Shown piece by piece: positions 29,195 through 38,871 of a stretch of 56,262 nt of DNA. Each line of letters starts with the position of its first letter. Position 1 is the first letter of the stretch. Below the pieces are notes generated by a model. It was not told the DNA's origin, made no database searches, and saw only the letters and a program-made list of their open reading frames with translations. The position numbers and the translations under genes are program-made. Location of the stretch: the NCBI GenBank assembly GCA_051531975.1, contig JAOPTT010000025.1, positions 14,802-71,063 on the forward strand. The letters are read 5' to 3'. This DNA is from Spirochaetaceae bacterium. Lineage in GTDB: Bacteria > Spirochaetota > Spirochaetia > DSM-2461.

Positions 29195-30574
29195 CTAGGC
29201 CGTTAAATTGATTCCAGCACTAGCTGTACCGTAACGTACAACCTGACCACTTTCATCAATCCTTTTTAATCTGTCACTAAAATATTGTTTATTATCTGCC
29301 TTATCTTTTTTATCAGATTCTTTCTCACCATTGTATGAAAGTTCTAAATCAGCAGTATCAAATCCTTCAGCCTTTAATGCTTTAGTTAATTGACTCATAT
29401 TCTCTTGAAAAATTTCTTTTACACTATTATTTTCGACAACTATTTGACCTGCTAAACTATTTTCGTTTAAATTTAGATTTATTTTTACTTGTCCTAAAGA
29501 TTCTGGCTTTAAAATCAATTTAATTTCGCCTACATTGTTATCTTTAAATATAAATCTAGATTGTTTTACGATTTCGTTATTACCAAAATCTTTTAATTGT
29601 TGTTTTAATATGGATGCTGCTTCTTTCATTACTGGTGCTTGTGCTTTACCACCTTCACCTTCTGCAGATATTTCCGTTGATCCTAAAATTATAGTTTTAT
29701 CGGCACCTGCTTCTAATGTTTCAGCACTATCTAATTTAACCGGGGTTACTTGGTTATTTGCAGCTTCCTCTTTAACATTAGATACCTCGGTATTTTGTGT
29801 TCTTAGATCGTTAACTTTAAGTTTGCCCTCTTTCTTTTCTACTTTATTATCTGCTGGTTTCTTCTCTACACTTTTTTTAAGATCTGAAACCTGGTTTAAA
29901 TTAACATTTTTGTTATTTGAAACTTCCTGGTTATCTTTGCTTAAACCTTCAGTCTCTTCAGATTTTTTACCATCTAATGTTAACTCTTTAACCCCAGCTT
30001 CAACATCTTCAGTAACTTCTAATTTAATATCAGGGTTCTTTTCGACATTTATTAAACTAGATGATGCCATGCTCTGATTTAGTAGATCTTTATCTGTTGC
30101 TTTAATCTCTTTTTCACTTTTGGTTTTATTAGAGACATTTTTAATATCTTTGTTTTTATTTGATTCAGGTTTAGGAACTTCTGCACTAGCTTTTTTTACA
30201 AACTGAAGTATGTTTTTATCTAACTCACCGTTTTTAGTAGTTTCAGCACTGTTAGTTTTATCGGTAACCTTTGTCTCTTTTGTATCTGTATTTGCTTTAT
30301 CAGATTTATTAGGTTTAACGTTTGCTTCTGTATTAGTTTTATTATCATCTTTACTTACATCTTTTATCTGTTCGTTTTCTTTGTGAGAAACTTGTACTTC
30401 TTTATTAGACTCTTCACTTTGTTTAGTTTTATTATCAGTGTCGATCTGTCTATTTCTCTGGTTATCATATTCAGACTTAAAAGATTTGGTTTCTGGTTGT
30501 TCGGCTAATCTTTGTTTAACATCAACTCTAGGTTGTTCTGCTGTTATATTCATAGCCATTGGCATCATTCTCAT
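29195..30574 (-). CDS. fliK: Hook-length control protein FliK
   Basis: Low-complexity K/E/N/T N-terminus with a C-terminal 'LKPESLGQVKI' T3S4 domain. Upstream of flgD. Confidence 0.88.
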   Translation of the reverse strand: MRMMPMAMNITAEQPRVDVKQRLAEQPETKSFKSEYDNQRNRQIDTDNKTKQSEESNKEVQVSHKENEQIKDVSKDDNKTNTEANVKPNKSDKANTDTKETKVTDKTNSAETTKNGELDKNILQFVKKASAEVPKPESNKNKDIKNVSNKTKSEKEIKATDKDLLNQSMASSSLINVEKNPDIKLEVTEDVEAGVKELTLDGKKSEETEGLSKDNQEVSNNKNVNLNQVSDLKKSVEKKPADNKVEKKEGKLKVNDLRTQNTEVSNVKEEAANNQVTPVKLDSAETLEAGADKTIILGSTEISAEGEGGKAQAPVMKEAASILKQQLKDFGNNEIVKQSRFIFKDNNVGEIKLILKPESLGQVKINLNLNENSLAGQIVVENNSVKEIFQENMSQLTKALKAEGFDTADLELSYNGEKESDKKDKADNKQYFSDRLKRIDESGQVVRYGTASAGINLTA

Positions 30575-30599
30575 GAATTATTCCCCTTCACTTCTTTAA

Positions 30600-30626
30600 A
30601 TATCGAAGTTTTTTGGGATCTCATTA
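30600..30626 (-). promoter_or_regulatory. sigma28-type promoter of the fla operon
   Basis: TAAT(30626-30623)-15 bp-TTCGATAT(30607-30600) against consensus TAAA-N15-GCCGATAA. RBS AAGGGGA. Confidence 0.65.
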
Positions 30627-30736
30627 GGAAAAGATACACAAACGAAGAAAAATTCGTAGAACTAAACGGTTGTATTACTACTTTATTGATAAAGACTTAG
30701 TAGATTCGCATCATAAAAATCTTTATCATAGTTATT

Positions 30737-31657
30737 TTATATCTTACTTAGAAAGCTTTTTATAGTTTTGTAATATTCTACATTTAATTCTGGATTGATA
30801 AATTCTTCTTCGTCTTCAAGTATTAAATGTTTATCTCCAGCAACCACAAAGGACTCAAATGGCCCAGTAATTAAATTTGATAGACGTTTAAAATTATTAA
30901 AGGTAACCTGGGAATCATTTTCCGAGTGCATTAACAGTATTTTATCTGGATCAATTTTAGCTATATTATTCCCTGGAGTATTTTTAATATTTTTAATTCC
31001 ATATTTTATAGCTAAAAGAAACTTAGTAAATGGAACTTGGGCCAACGTTAATAACCTAGGGGCTCCAAATGTTTGAAATTGATCCATCATATTTTCTTCC
31101 CAACTTGAGAATGCAGATTGAGCTATAACACCATTAATTCTTCTGTTATTAGCGATTGAATTTATTGCAACAGTACCTCCCATAGAAGTACCCATTATAA
31201 TTATTGGTATGTTATTTGAATAATTTGAATCGATATAATCAACACCTGCATAAACATCATGTTCCTCGGTGTACCCTAACATAATTTTATCACCAGAGCT
31301 TTCACCATGGGCTCTCATCTCAATTAATAGTGATGAGTACCCTAGCTCTGAAAACATTTTGGAATACCCGTAAAACGTTGTTACTGACGGGGAATATATG
31401 CCAGATAATAAAATAATATACCCTTTAGGATTCTCGGCTTTAACTTCATATGCTTTTATATTAAATCCATCGGAGGTTAATAGGTCTAATTCAGAACTAT
31501 TAACACCATAATTTGATGCAACATCTAACTCTTCAAAGTCTGCTCTTCCATTAACAATAACAAGTGTTAATATTCCACCTGCACTTAAAATTATTAATAA
31601 ACCTATAGTTATTAAAACTAACAATACCCGAACAATAATTTTTTTAACCAACTTCAT
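30737..31657 (-). CDS. Membrane-anchored alpha/beta hydrolase
   Basis: N-terminal TM segment, RAHGESSG, GTSMGG nucleophile, HSENDSQV Asp and GDKH His. Confidence 0.85.
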   Translation of the reverse strand: MKLVKKIIVRVLLVLITIGLLIILSAGGILTLVIVNGRADFEELDVASNYGVNSSELDLLTSDGFNIKAYEVKAENPKGYIILLSGIYSPSVTTFYGYSKMFSELGYSSLLIEMRAHGESSGDKIMLGYTEEHDVYAGVDYIDSNYSNNIPIIIMGTSMGGTVAINSIANNRRINGVIAQSAFSSWEENMMDQFQTFGAPRLLTLAQVPFTKFLLAIKYGIKNIKNTPGNNIAKIDPDKILLMHSENDSQVTFNNFKRLSNLITGPFESFVVAGDKHLILEDEEEFINPELNVEYYKTIKSFLSKI

Positions 31658-31820
31658 ACTTTACCCTTACTTTTTTATATTTTAGCACTTATTGATTCAT
31701 TAAGATGTGCTATTAAATGCATAATACACGGCATTAACAGTATTGCAACTATAATTTTTTTAATTAGAGAATAAAGTATTTTATGTTACTACAGTAACTG
31801 CTCTATGGGATTTTTACCTA

Positions 31821-33857
31821 CTATAAAATAAATCCTTTTAATAAGTTATCAAGTTCAGTAGTAGCAGCTTCATTATCCAATATAACATTTTTTAGATCAG
31901 TTATACTGGACTGAATATTTTTAGTACCTTCACTCTGTTCCAGGGATGCGGCTTCAATCTGTTTGAAACTACTAGATAGAGCTTCAATAGCCCTGTTCAT
32001 TGTAACATTTTTCTCCTGTTGCTCATTACTTATTGATCTTATAGACTGGGTTGATTCTACTAAGGACGTAATAGCCCCCAAAACATCTTTTGCTCCAACT
32101 GCTTGCTCATCCATGGCTGAAGAAACTTCATTTATTAATGAGCTTGTTTTATTTACATCATCACCAACTCTGCCTAAAGCCTGACCAGCACCTTCCGAAA
32201 GATGCACACCGTCATTAACAAGAGAAACCATCTCTTTAATATGATTAGATATTTGTTTGGCGCTACCAGATGAATCTTCTGCGAGTTTTCTAACCTCTAA
32301 AGCTACTACGGCAAAACCACGTCCTGAATCACCAGCATGGGCAGCTTCAATGGCTGCATTCATTGCCAGTAGGTTCGTCTGAGCTGCAATCTTTGTTATT
32401 ATTGACACCATCTTATTAATTTCTTCTGAATAAGACTCTACTTTTTTAACAGCTACAATTGATTGATTTACGGCTTTTCCACCTTCGGCAGCGACTGTTA
32501 CCAACTCTTTACTTAAACGGTTTGCAGAATTAGTTGTTTGGTTTACAGAATCGATATTAGCAGACATTTGTGTAATAGCGCTGGATGTCTGCTCTACAAA
32601 AGATGATTGTATTTCTACATTTTCAGAGATAGCCTTAACAGAATTAAGCATCTCTTTTATTGTGAATGTCGTTTCATCAGCTATTTTCACCTGATCTTTT
32701 GTACTGTTAGCGGTTTGTTCCGTTGTTCGTACAATATCAATAGTAGCATTTTCAGTTGTTTCTAATACTTCTTTAATTGTATATGCAGAGGTACGAACTT
32801 TTTCCCCTACGATCAAAACGTCTTTTATTAGAGTTCTTAAACCATCTAAAAAAACGTTTATAGTATTTGTAAGCACTCCCACTTCATCAAATTCAGAAAC
32901 CTCCACCTGCTTTGTAAGATCACCTCCACCTTCGGAGATTTCTTTCATCTTATTACTAAGATCATTAATTTGTCTTACCTGGAAGAGACTTAATGTATAC
33001 TGAATAAAACCAGCAATAAGCAGAATATCAATAAAATATACAAGATAGATTAATATTGGCTTTGGTTTCTCTGAGACATCCATATCAAAGGGGAATTTGA
33101 TTCTATCCGGACTTACATCCAGCATAGCAGCAGCATCTTTTTTATACTGGTCCCTAGCCTGATCAATAGTTAACTCTCCTGCAAGGACCCTATTAGTCAA
33201 CATCAGATAGTGCTCTTCAGATTCATATATCTCTTGGCCGGCGGTTATAAATGTGAACGATATAAAGATAGACAGGGCTATAATAAATGCCATATTTCTA
33301 TAAATCAATCCGGTTGATCTGTTTCCATCCAAATAATATATCTTTAATAAAGACCGGGCTTTAGCCAGAATAAGATTAAACAGGTTTATCTGAACAAACG
33401 AAAATATTGAAGCTGTAGCTAAATTTAAAATAAATGCAACAACAAATTCCCTTAATGTATATTGATCAGATAAAGTTGATGCTAAAAATCCTATATTATA
33501 CCCAGCCATATTAATAATCCAAACAACATTGCTAAGCTTGGAGATACGTTTAATAGCAAGTTTTCTATCATCATCCTTTACTTCTTCATTATTAAATATA
33601 GCATAGGTAGTATCATGAACTGGTTTTAAATATCTTATCATTATTCCACCAAAAACCAGACCGGGAACCATACCATAAGATAGGAAACTGATAACAATTC
33701 TTTTTATAATTAAACCTGGATTTACAATTTCATGCATTAATCCAAATGCCACTGTTTGTGCTAATGTTGTTAAAACAAAACTAACAGAAAGTACTGCCAT
33801 TAGTGTTAATAATATTTTCAGCCGGAATGCCGGGAATTGTTTCATAGTAGTCATCAT
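31821..33857 (-). CDS. Methyl-accepting chemotaxis protein with polytopic N-terminus and HAMP
   Basis: About 6 TM segments, GDLT..DEVG HAMP and IAAQTNLLAMNAAIEAAHAG..GRGFAVVA. Confidence 0.93.
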   Translation of the reverse strand: MMTTMKQFPAFRLKILLTLMAVLSVSFVLTTLAQTVAFGLMHEIVNPGLIIKRIVISFLSYGMVPGLVFGGIMIRYLKPVHDTTYAIFNNEEVKDDDRKLAIKRISKLSNVVWIINMAGYNIGFLASTLSDQYTLREFVVAFILNLATASIFSFVQINLFNLILAKARSLLKIYYLDGNRSTGLIYRNMAFIIALSIFISFTFITAGQEIYESEEHYLMLTNRVLAGELTIDQARDQYKKDAAAMLDVSPDRIKFPFDMDVSEKPKPILIYLVYFIDILLIAGFIQYTLSLFQVRQINDLSNKMKEISEGGGDLTKQVEVSEFDEVGVLTNTINVFLDGLRTLIKDVLIVGEKVRTSAYTIKEVLETTENATIDIVRTTEQTANSTKDQVKIADETTFTIKEMLNSVKAISENVEIQSSFVEQTSSAITQMSANIDSVNQTTNSANRLSKELVTVAAEGGKAVNQSIVAVKKVESYSEEINKMVSIITKIAAQTNLLAMNAAIEAAHAGDSGRGFAVVALEVRKLAEDSSGSAKQISNHIKEMVSLVNDGVHLSEGAGQALGRVGDDVNKTSSLINEVSSAMDEQAVGAKDVLGAITSLVESTQSIRSISNEQQEKNVTMNRAIEALSSSFKQIEAASLEQSEGTKNIQSSITDLKNVILDNEAATTELDNLLKGFIL

Positions 33858-34016
33858 TATCTCCTATTAGTTATAATAGTTATTTAAAGTTCTATTGACC
33901 ACCCTTTCCAAGGAATTTGATTGTTTCAGGTACATGAATCTAGCTGAAAACATTGGTTTTCATAATTAAATGACTTGAATCCCTATAAAAGATTATACAA
34001 GATGAAGATTTAATAA

Positions 34017-34694
34017 TTATTTTTTTATATTTTTAGCAGCCACTGATTCATTTAAATGTACCATTAAATGTCTAGTACAGGGCATTAAGAGAATGCCAGC
34101 TATAGTTTTATTAGACCAGTAGTCTAAAAGCCATAATGCATCCTCATGGTCTACAACTGCAGCTTTTTCTTTGATCTTAACTATTCCACTTTGTAGAATT
34201 TTCTTTTTCATATCTTTAAAGGTCAAAGAAGATACAATTTCCCGAGTTCTAATACCAACTAACTTTCGGTACTCTTTTAAAACTTCAATATTAATTGTTT
34301 TACTAAACTCTAATATTTCAGCTGTTGTTAAAGCATTACCAGTATCATAAATTGAGCTATTTAATCGATAAAACAGATCACCACTATCAATAACCTGCTC
34401 TGAATCTATAACTAGAAGATTCATACACATATCTTCAATACGAGCAGAGTGCCATAAACCATAAGCAATAGTTCGCCCTTTATCATTTAGGGATTCTCTA
34501 AAAGTAGTCTCATCTAATCCTTCCCACAGTTCATCTACAAATGTACTAACAGGATAACCGGAGACAGGTGCTGAATGAACTTTACCATGTAGATCCATAA
34601 ACAGTTCCATTCCATAATCATAGGTTCCAGCTTTATTTATAGCAGCCCTAAATTCCTTATGTTTATCACCCCAAGTTTTTCTGTTATGTATCAT
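34017..34694 (-). CDS. DinB/YfiT-family protein
   Basis: TIAYGLWHSARIED and RHLMVHLNE His pattern. RBS GGAG. Confidence 0.7.
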   Translation of the reverse strand: MIHNRKTWGDKHKEFRAAINKAGTYDYGMELFMDLHGKVHSAPVSGYPVSTFVDELWEGLDETTFRESLNDKGRTIAYGLWHSARIEDMCMNLLVIDSEQVIDSGDLFYRLNSSIYDTGNALTTAEILEFSKTINIEVLKEYRKLVGIRTREIVSSLTFKDMKKKILQSGIVKIKEKAAVVDHEDALWLLDYWSNKTIAGILLMPCTRHLMVHLNESVAAKNIKK

Positions 34695-34729
34695 GGTTTC
34701 TCCAATATGTTATTTACAATAAAATAATT

Positions 34730-35824
34730 TTATTCAGTTTCGATGGTTACAGATAATCCTAAAGGGATACTATCTTCTAATCTAAATATTAACCTTTTAT
34801 TTGGGTCTAAGTGGCCATCTACAGTATTAGAATTATTAAAAACATCATCATCCTGATAGTCAGTTAAACATATATCTGAAAGCATATTTGAGAAATCGAA
34901 ACTTAATATTGCCATAGGTTGTTCAATGGTGTTTATTATAGTTCCATCCTCTTCAACAACTTCTGTACTTATACTAGTTGGTATGGCTTCACCATAAGGA
35001 ATAAAAAAGAGTTCTAAATAACTTCTTCGATTAGTACCATTTTCAACTAAGCTCTCAATAAGTTCTTTTTGGAAATCGGTAATAGTTTTATCTGACCAGT
35101 TAATTGTTGCAGTCTCTTCATAGGCATCAATATTTACTGCTACAGCTTCAGGGAACCAATCTGATCGAACTAAAAATACAGATGGATTTGTTGTACTAAC
35201 ATTTACAGGTATATCTTCAATTTCACTGGACATAAAACCTGATGTTGGAAGATCTGATAGATGAGAATACTTGTATAATGGATGATCATCAGCTACTCCG
35301 TTAGTATCAGTACCATAAAATTTATCATCCATAATTAGTCCAATCCCACTCATATGTACTTCTAAAAAATCTATAGAAAAATAGTCGTATTCATCAATAA
35401 AACTTTCGTCTAATGCAGTTGCATAATCGCCGTTCATTTCATTAATATCTACAACCTGATTACTCTCTAATACAATATCTCGGGCAGTTGGGTGTCCACT
35501 TTGTAAAATAACATTATATGCCCAATCTATACTTCCTGTTTTACCAAATCCACCAGCATCACTAAAACCTGGGGAGTACTGGTAGGCAACAACTTCTAAT
35601 TCTCCAAAATACAAACCTGAGATAATGTCTTCTTGATCAATTCCAACATTAATAACCCGACCTAAATTAGCGTTTATACCTAATTCGTTTACAAACTGAG
35701 TACTTATAATAGTTTCTTCGTTATTTAAACCATTAGAACCATCAGAGTCCTCAGTATCATCGAAGATTGAGCATCCTATTAAAACTAAGATACAAATACC
35801 AACAATTGCTAATTTTTTTAACAT
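34730..35824 (-). CDS. Hypothetical acidic lipoprotein
   Basis: Signal MLKKLAIVGICILVLIG-C. RBS GAGG. Confidence 0.7.
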   Translation of the reverse strand: MLKKLAIVGICILVLIGCSIFDDTEDSDGSNGLNNEETIISTQFVNELGINANLGRVINVGIDQEDIISGLYFGELEVVAYQYSPGFSDAGGFGKTGSIDWAYNVILQSGHPTARDIVLESNQVVDINEMNGDYATALDESFIDEYDYFSIDFLEVHMSGIGLIMDDKFYGTDTNGVADDHPLYKYSHLSDLPTSGFMSSEIEDIPVNVSTTNPSVFLVRSDWFPEAVAVNIDAYEETATINWSDKTITDFQKELIESLVENGTNRRSYLELFFIPYGEAIPTSISTEVVEEDGTIINTIEQPMAILSFDFSNMLSDICLTDYQDDDVFNNSNTVDGHLDPNKRLIFRLEDSIPLGLSVTIETE

Positions 35825-35953
35825 AAAACCTCTTTTATATTTTTAAATTTATTAATAATTTTGCAACAAATGTTATATGAATAATATATGCAAATTCCGT
35901 ATAAGTATATCATATAATAACCTAATTAAAGTCAGCTACATGCTCAAAACAAC

Positions 35954-37114
35954 TTAATAATGAATTGGGAGGGTAGCAGGTTCAGGTGTTATCAATTCAG
36001 GCAAATTATTGTTAAAATTCATTACATGAAAGATTTCTGATGTTATTGGTAATCGGACAGAATCATTTCCAATAAAAAATAGAACAAACGATTCGACAGT
36101 ATCAATACGAGTAAATCCCATGATGAGTTTCTCAGTGTCTGCTTCTGATACAACAGAGAAACCCGCATTTGCAGGAAAATAGGGAGATATTGGATATTTA
36201 TCAGACTCTCCAATGTATGGATTTAGATCATTGCGATATTGTCGCATCCCTTCGATAATCTGTCTCATAAAATCAAGTTTTTCAAGAGATTGAGCCATCA
36301 ACGGCAGTCCATTTTTAGCTTTGGATGGTATGCTAAAATTATAGGATTCATTCCATAATTGACGCCATGTATCATCAACAATTATTTCTGTAACTATTGT
36401 GCTACTAAATGCATCAAATCCTATACCTCCATTAACACCTTCACCCGGTTTAATAGAAGAACGTCCGAGAAGAAACTCATCAATTTGATTAGAAATTTGT
36501 TGTTTTTCTTCTTCATAGCTCCGTTCCACTGCATTTAAAGCTGATATCCTCTGATTACCGGCTATAATTGATTCACGGATGCTTCTTCCAAAAAGGAAAG
36601 TCTCAAGACCTGTGAAAGATGGTACTCCACTGAAATCCTTACTAGCTTCCATTTCTGAAACCTGATGTGCATATTCTGATATTCTACTCGTTGCTTGAGT
36701 TATAATATACTGTTCAGCATTTTCATAAGTTATTTGGGGTCCATCTGTAGTGAGAACCATAGTATCTTGTGACATATTTATATTTTCCGGAGCTGTAGAT
36801 TTACCTTTAATTATTGTTACTATAAATATATTTTCTGGAATAAACTCAATCATTTTAGTACTTGTATTAAGGAGAAAAAAATTAGCTTGAAGAGTTTGCA
36901 ATCCTTTAATACGGTTTTGCTCAGCAAGCTGTAACTCTATATATGAATCTTCCCCAACATTTGTTTGTAGGGATTTACCATCGTGGAAATATTCTGATTC
37001 TTTGTTACTGTAATAAATAGAATACATTTTGGATGCTGCAAATTCTGGCATATTAGGAATAGAGATACAAGAAGATAATATGAGAGTAAAAAAGAATAAA
37101 ACATAAAATTTCAA
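35954..37114 (-). CDS. Hypothetical lipoprotein
   Basis: Probable start TTG37114 after AGGA gives MKFYVLFFFTLILSS-C. The frame is open back to ATG37186. Confidence 0.65.
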   Translation of the reverse strand: MKFYVLFFFTLILSSCISIPNMPEFAASKMYSIYYSNKESEYFHDGKSLQTNVGEDSYIELQLAEQNRIKGLQTLQANFFLLNTSTKMIEFIPENIFIVTIIKGKSTAPENINMSQDTMVLTTDGPQITYENAEQYIITQATSRISEYAHQVSEMEASKDFSGVPSFTGLETFLFGRSIRESIIAGNQRISALNAVERSYEEEKQQISNQIDEFLLGRSSIKPGEGVNGGIGFDAFSSTIVTEIIVDDTWRQLWNESYNFSIPSKAKNGLPLMAQSLEKLDFMRQIIEGMRQYRNDLNPYIGESDKYPISPYFPANAGFSVVSEADTEKLIMGFTRIDTVESFVLFFIGNDSVRLPITSEIFHVMNFNNNLPELITPEPATLPIHY

Positions 37115-37192
37115 TATATGTCCTACTAAACTTGTCCATGATAAAATTTTAAGTTTAGACATTAAACTTATAATATTTTTTCCCATAAATAA

Positions 37193-37221
37193 AGTTTAGT
37201 CTATATTAATAGTGGTGTCAA
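37193..37221 (-). promoter_or_regulatory. sigma70 promoter overlapping the stop of the AraC-family gene
   Basis: TTGACA(37221-37216)-17 bp-TAAACT(37198-37193), then 6 nt to ATG37186. Confidence 0.55.
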
Positions 37222-38072
37222 TTTTTGGGTTTTTTTCTAAATAAACTAGGACTAACACCAATCTTTTTTTTAAATATTCTAGAGAAATAGTAGATGTCAT
37301 TAAAACCTGCCTTCATACTAATTTCACTAATTCTCATGTCTGTAGTAGTTAAAAAATGTTTTGCAATATTAATTCTTTTAGTAACTAAATAATCCGTAGG
37401 TGAAAGTTTAAATATTGCTTTGAACTTTAAACAAAGATAAGGAATTGAACATCCAGCTACTTCCGCCAACAGAGATAGTGGTAAGTTTTCATGATACCTA
37501 AAGTCTAATATCTTTTTTACTTTTAATAAGTTTTCAGGGATATTAGGTTCTAAATGTTTAGATTTTATTCTAGAAACTTTTAATAAAAATGAATTTATTG
37601 AGTTTTTGATAATTTTAAATATTGGTGAACTATTTAAATATACTTCCTCATGTATCTGGGTTAACAAACTTTCAAAAACAGTAGATATATCCATTGTTTG
37701 TAATACATTTATTGGAATGTTGTACTCTTTAATCTGTGATTCAAAAAAGTCACCTGATAAATGTATCCAGGAATGACACCAACTATTTAATTTATTACCA
37801 TAACTATGCTTAGTACCAGGTGATAATATAATCCATTTATTTCGTATGGTTATTTCCAACCCATTTAAAATACTAATATCAATATTATCGTAGAAGAAGA
37901 GTATTAGATAATCCACATTACCTTTTGGTCTAATATTAAAACAGGGTTTCATTGTCTCTTTAAGTCCCATTCCATTAATACTTAGTTCATTATCGTTACA
38001 GCCAAGTAGTTGATATCTGAAATATTTATTCTCTGTTCTTATTGAACCTGGAAACTGTTCATCAACTTTCAT
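37218..38072 (-). CDS. AraC-family transcriptional regulator
   Basis: Cupin N-terminus (WCHSWIH) and C-terminal GFNDIYYFSRIFKKKIGVSPSLFR. Start ATG38072 follows TAGACA-17-TACTAT-6 nt. Confidence 0.9.
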   Translation of the reverse strand: MKVDEQFPGSIRTENKYFRYQLLGCNDNELSINGMGLKETMKPCFNIRPKGNVDYLILFFYDNIDISILNGLEITIRNKWIILSPGTKHSYGNKLNSWCHSWIHLSGDFFESQIKEYNIPINVLQTMDISTVFESLLTQIHEEVYLNSSPIFKIIKNSINSFLLKVSRIKSKHLEPNIPENLLKVKKILDFRYHENLPLSLLAEVAGCSIPYLCLKFKAIFKLSPTDYLVTKRINIAKHFLTTTDMRISEISMKAGFNDIYYFSRIFKKKIGVSPSLFRKKPKN

Positions 38073-38171
38073 ATTAATATAGTACAAATTAATGTTCTGT
38101 TTGTCTATTTTTATTATCCCATATCCAAGTTAAATTGTAATTTATTAAATCAGATAATGTTGTAGGTATAG

Positions 38172-38801
38172 ATGAATAGAGATGTTTTAGACCATGCTAG
38201 AGTTCTGTGGGATTATTTTTGTAGCCATAAAGATGAGGTTAAGGCTGATGTAATAGTAGTATGTTGCTCTTATGATCTTAGAGTTTGTGATTATGCCTGT
38301 GACATATTTAATACAATTGATGCAAAAAAGATAATTTTCTCTGGAGATAGAGGTAATTGGACACGGGGTTTATGGAACAGTTCTGAAGCACTTATTTTTA
38401 AGGAACGTGCTGTTTATAACGGTATCGATGAATCTAATATCTGTATTGAAGAGAGAGCTACTAACCTAGGAGAAAATATACTGTTCTCAAAAAAGTTTTT
38501 AAATGATGATGATAAAATATTATATGTCTCTAAAGCCAATACACTTCTAAGGATAAAATTAACTTATCCAGTTCATAATATTAGTTCTGCAGCAGTTTCA
38601 GGCCCTACTTTTAACTTCCCCCATGAAGTATCTAATACTATAGGCGTGGTTGGTTTAATAAATGAAATGGTAGGAGATATTAACAGAATTATTAAATATC
38701 CAGATCTAGGTTATCAATTAAAACATGATATCCCCCCTACTATCTTAAATTCATATAATTTTTTAATTCAGAAGGGTTATATGGATCATTTACTCAAATA
38801 A
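38172..38801 (+). CDS. YdcF/DUF218 (ElyC-like) family protein
   Basis: LWDY, CSYDLRV, FSGDRGNWT, EERATNLGENI and YPDLGYQ. Divergent from the AraC-family gene. Confidence 0.8.
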   Translation: MNRDVLDHARVLWDYFCSHKDEVKADVIVVCCSYDLRVCDYACDIFNTIDAKKIIFSGDRGNWTRGLWNSSEALIFKERAVYNGIDESNICIEERATNLGENILFSKKFLNDDDKILYVSKANTLLRIKLTYPVHNISSAAVSGPTFNFPHEVSNTIGVVGLINEMVGDINRIIKYPDLGYQLKHDIPPTILNSYNFLIQKGYMDHLLK

Positions 38802-38871
38802 AGTATTTGGGTTAAGTAATTTTCTATTTTGGGGGATGTGGACAATTCTGAAGAGATTAAGTGATGAGTTT

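Noticed and set aside
5006..30700. Many short plus-strand and alternative-frame ORFs inside gltB, nrpR and the flagellar genes
   Set aside because: They are antisense or frame shadows of well-supported genes, with no recognisable motifs.
33858..34016. c-di-GMP riboswitch upstream of the MCP gene
   Set aside because: Only a GAAACAAT fragment resembles class II. The conserved class I and class II core motifs are missing.
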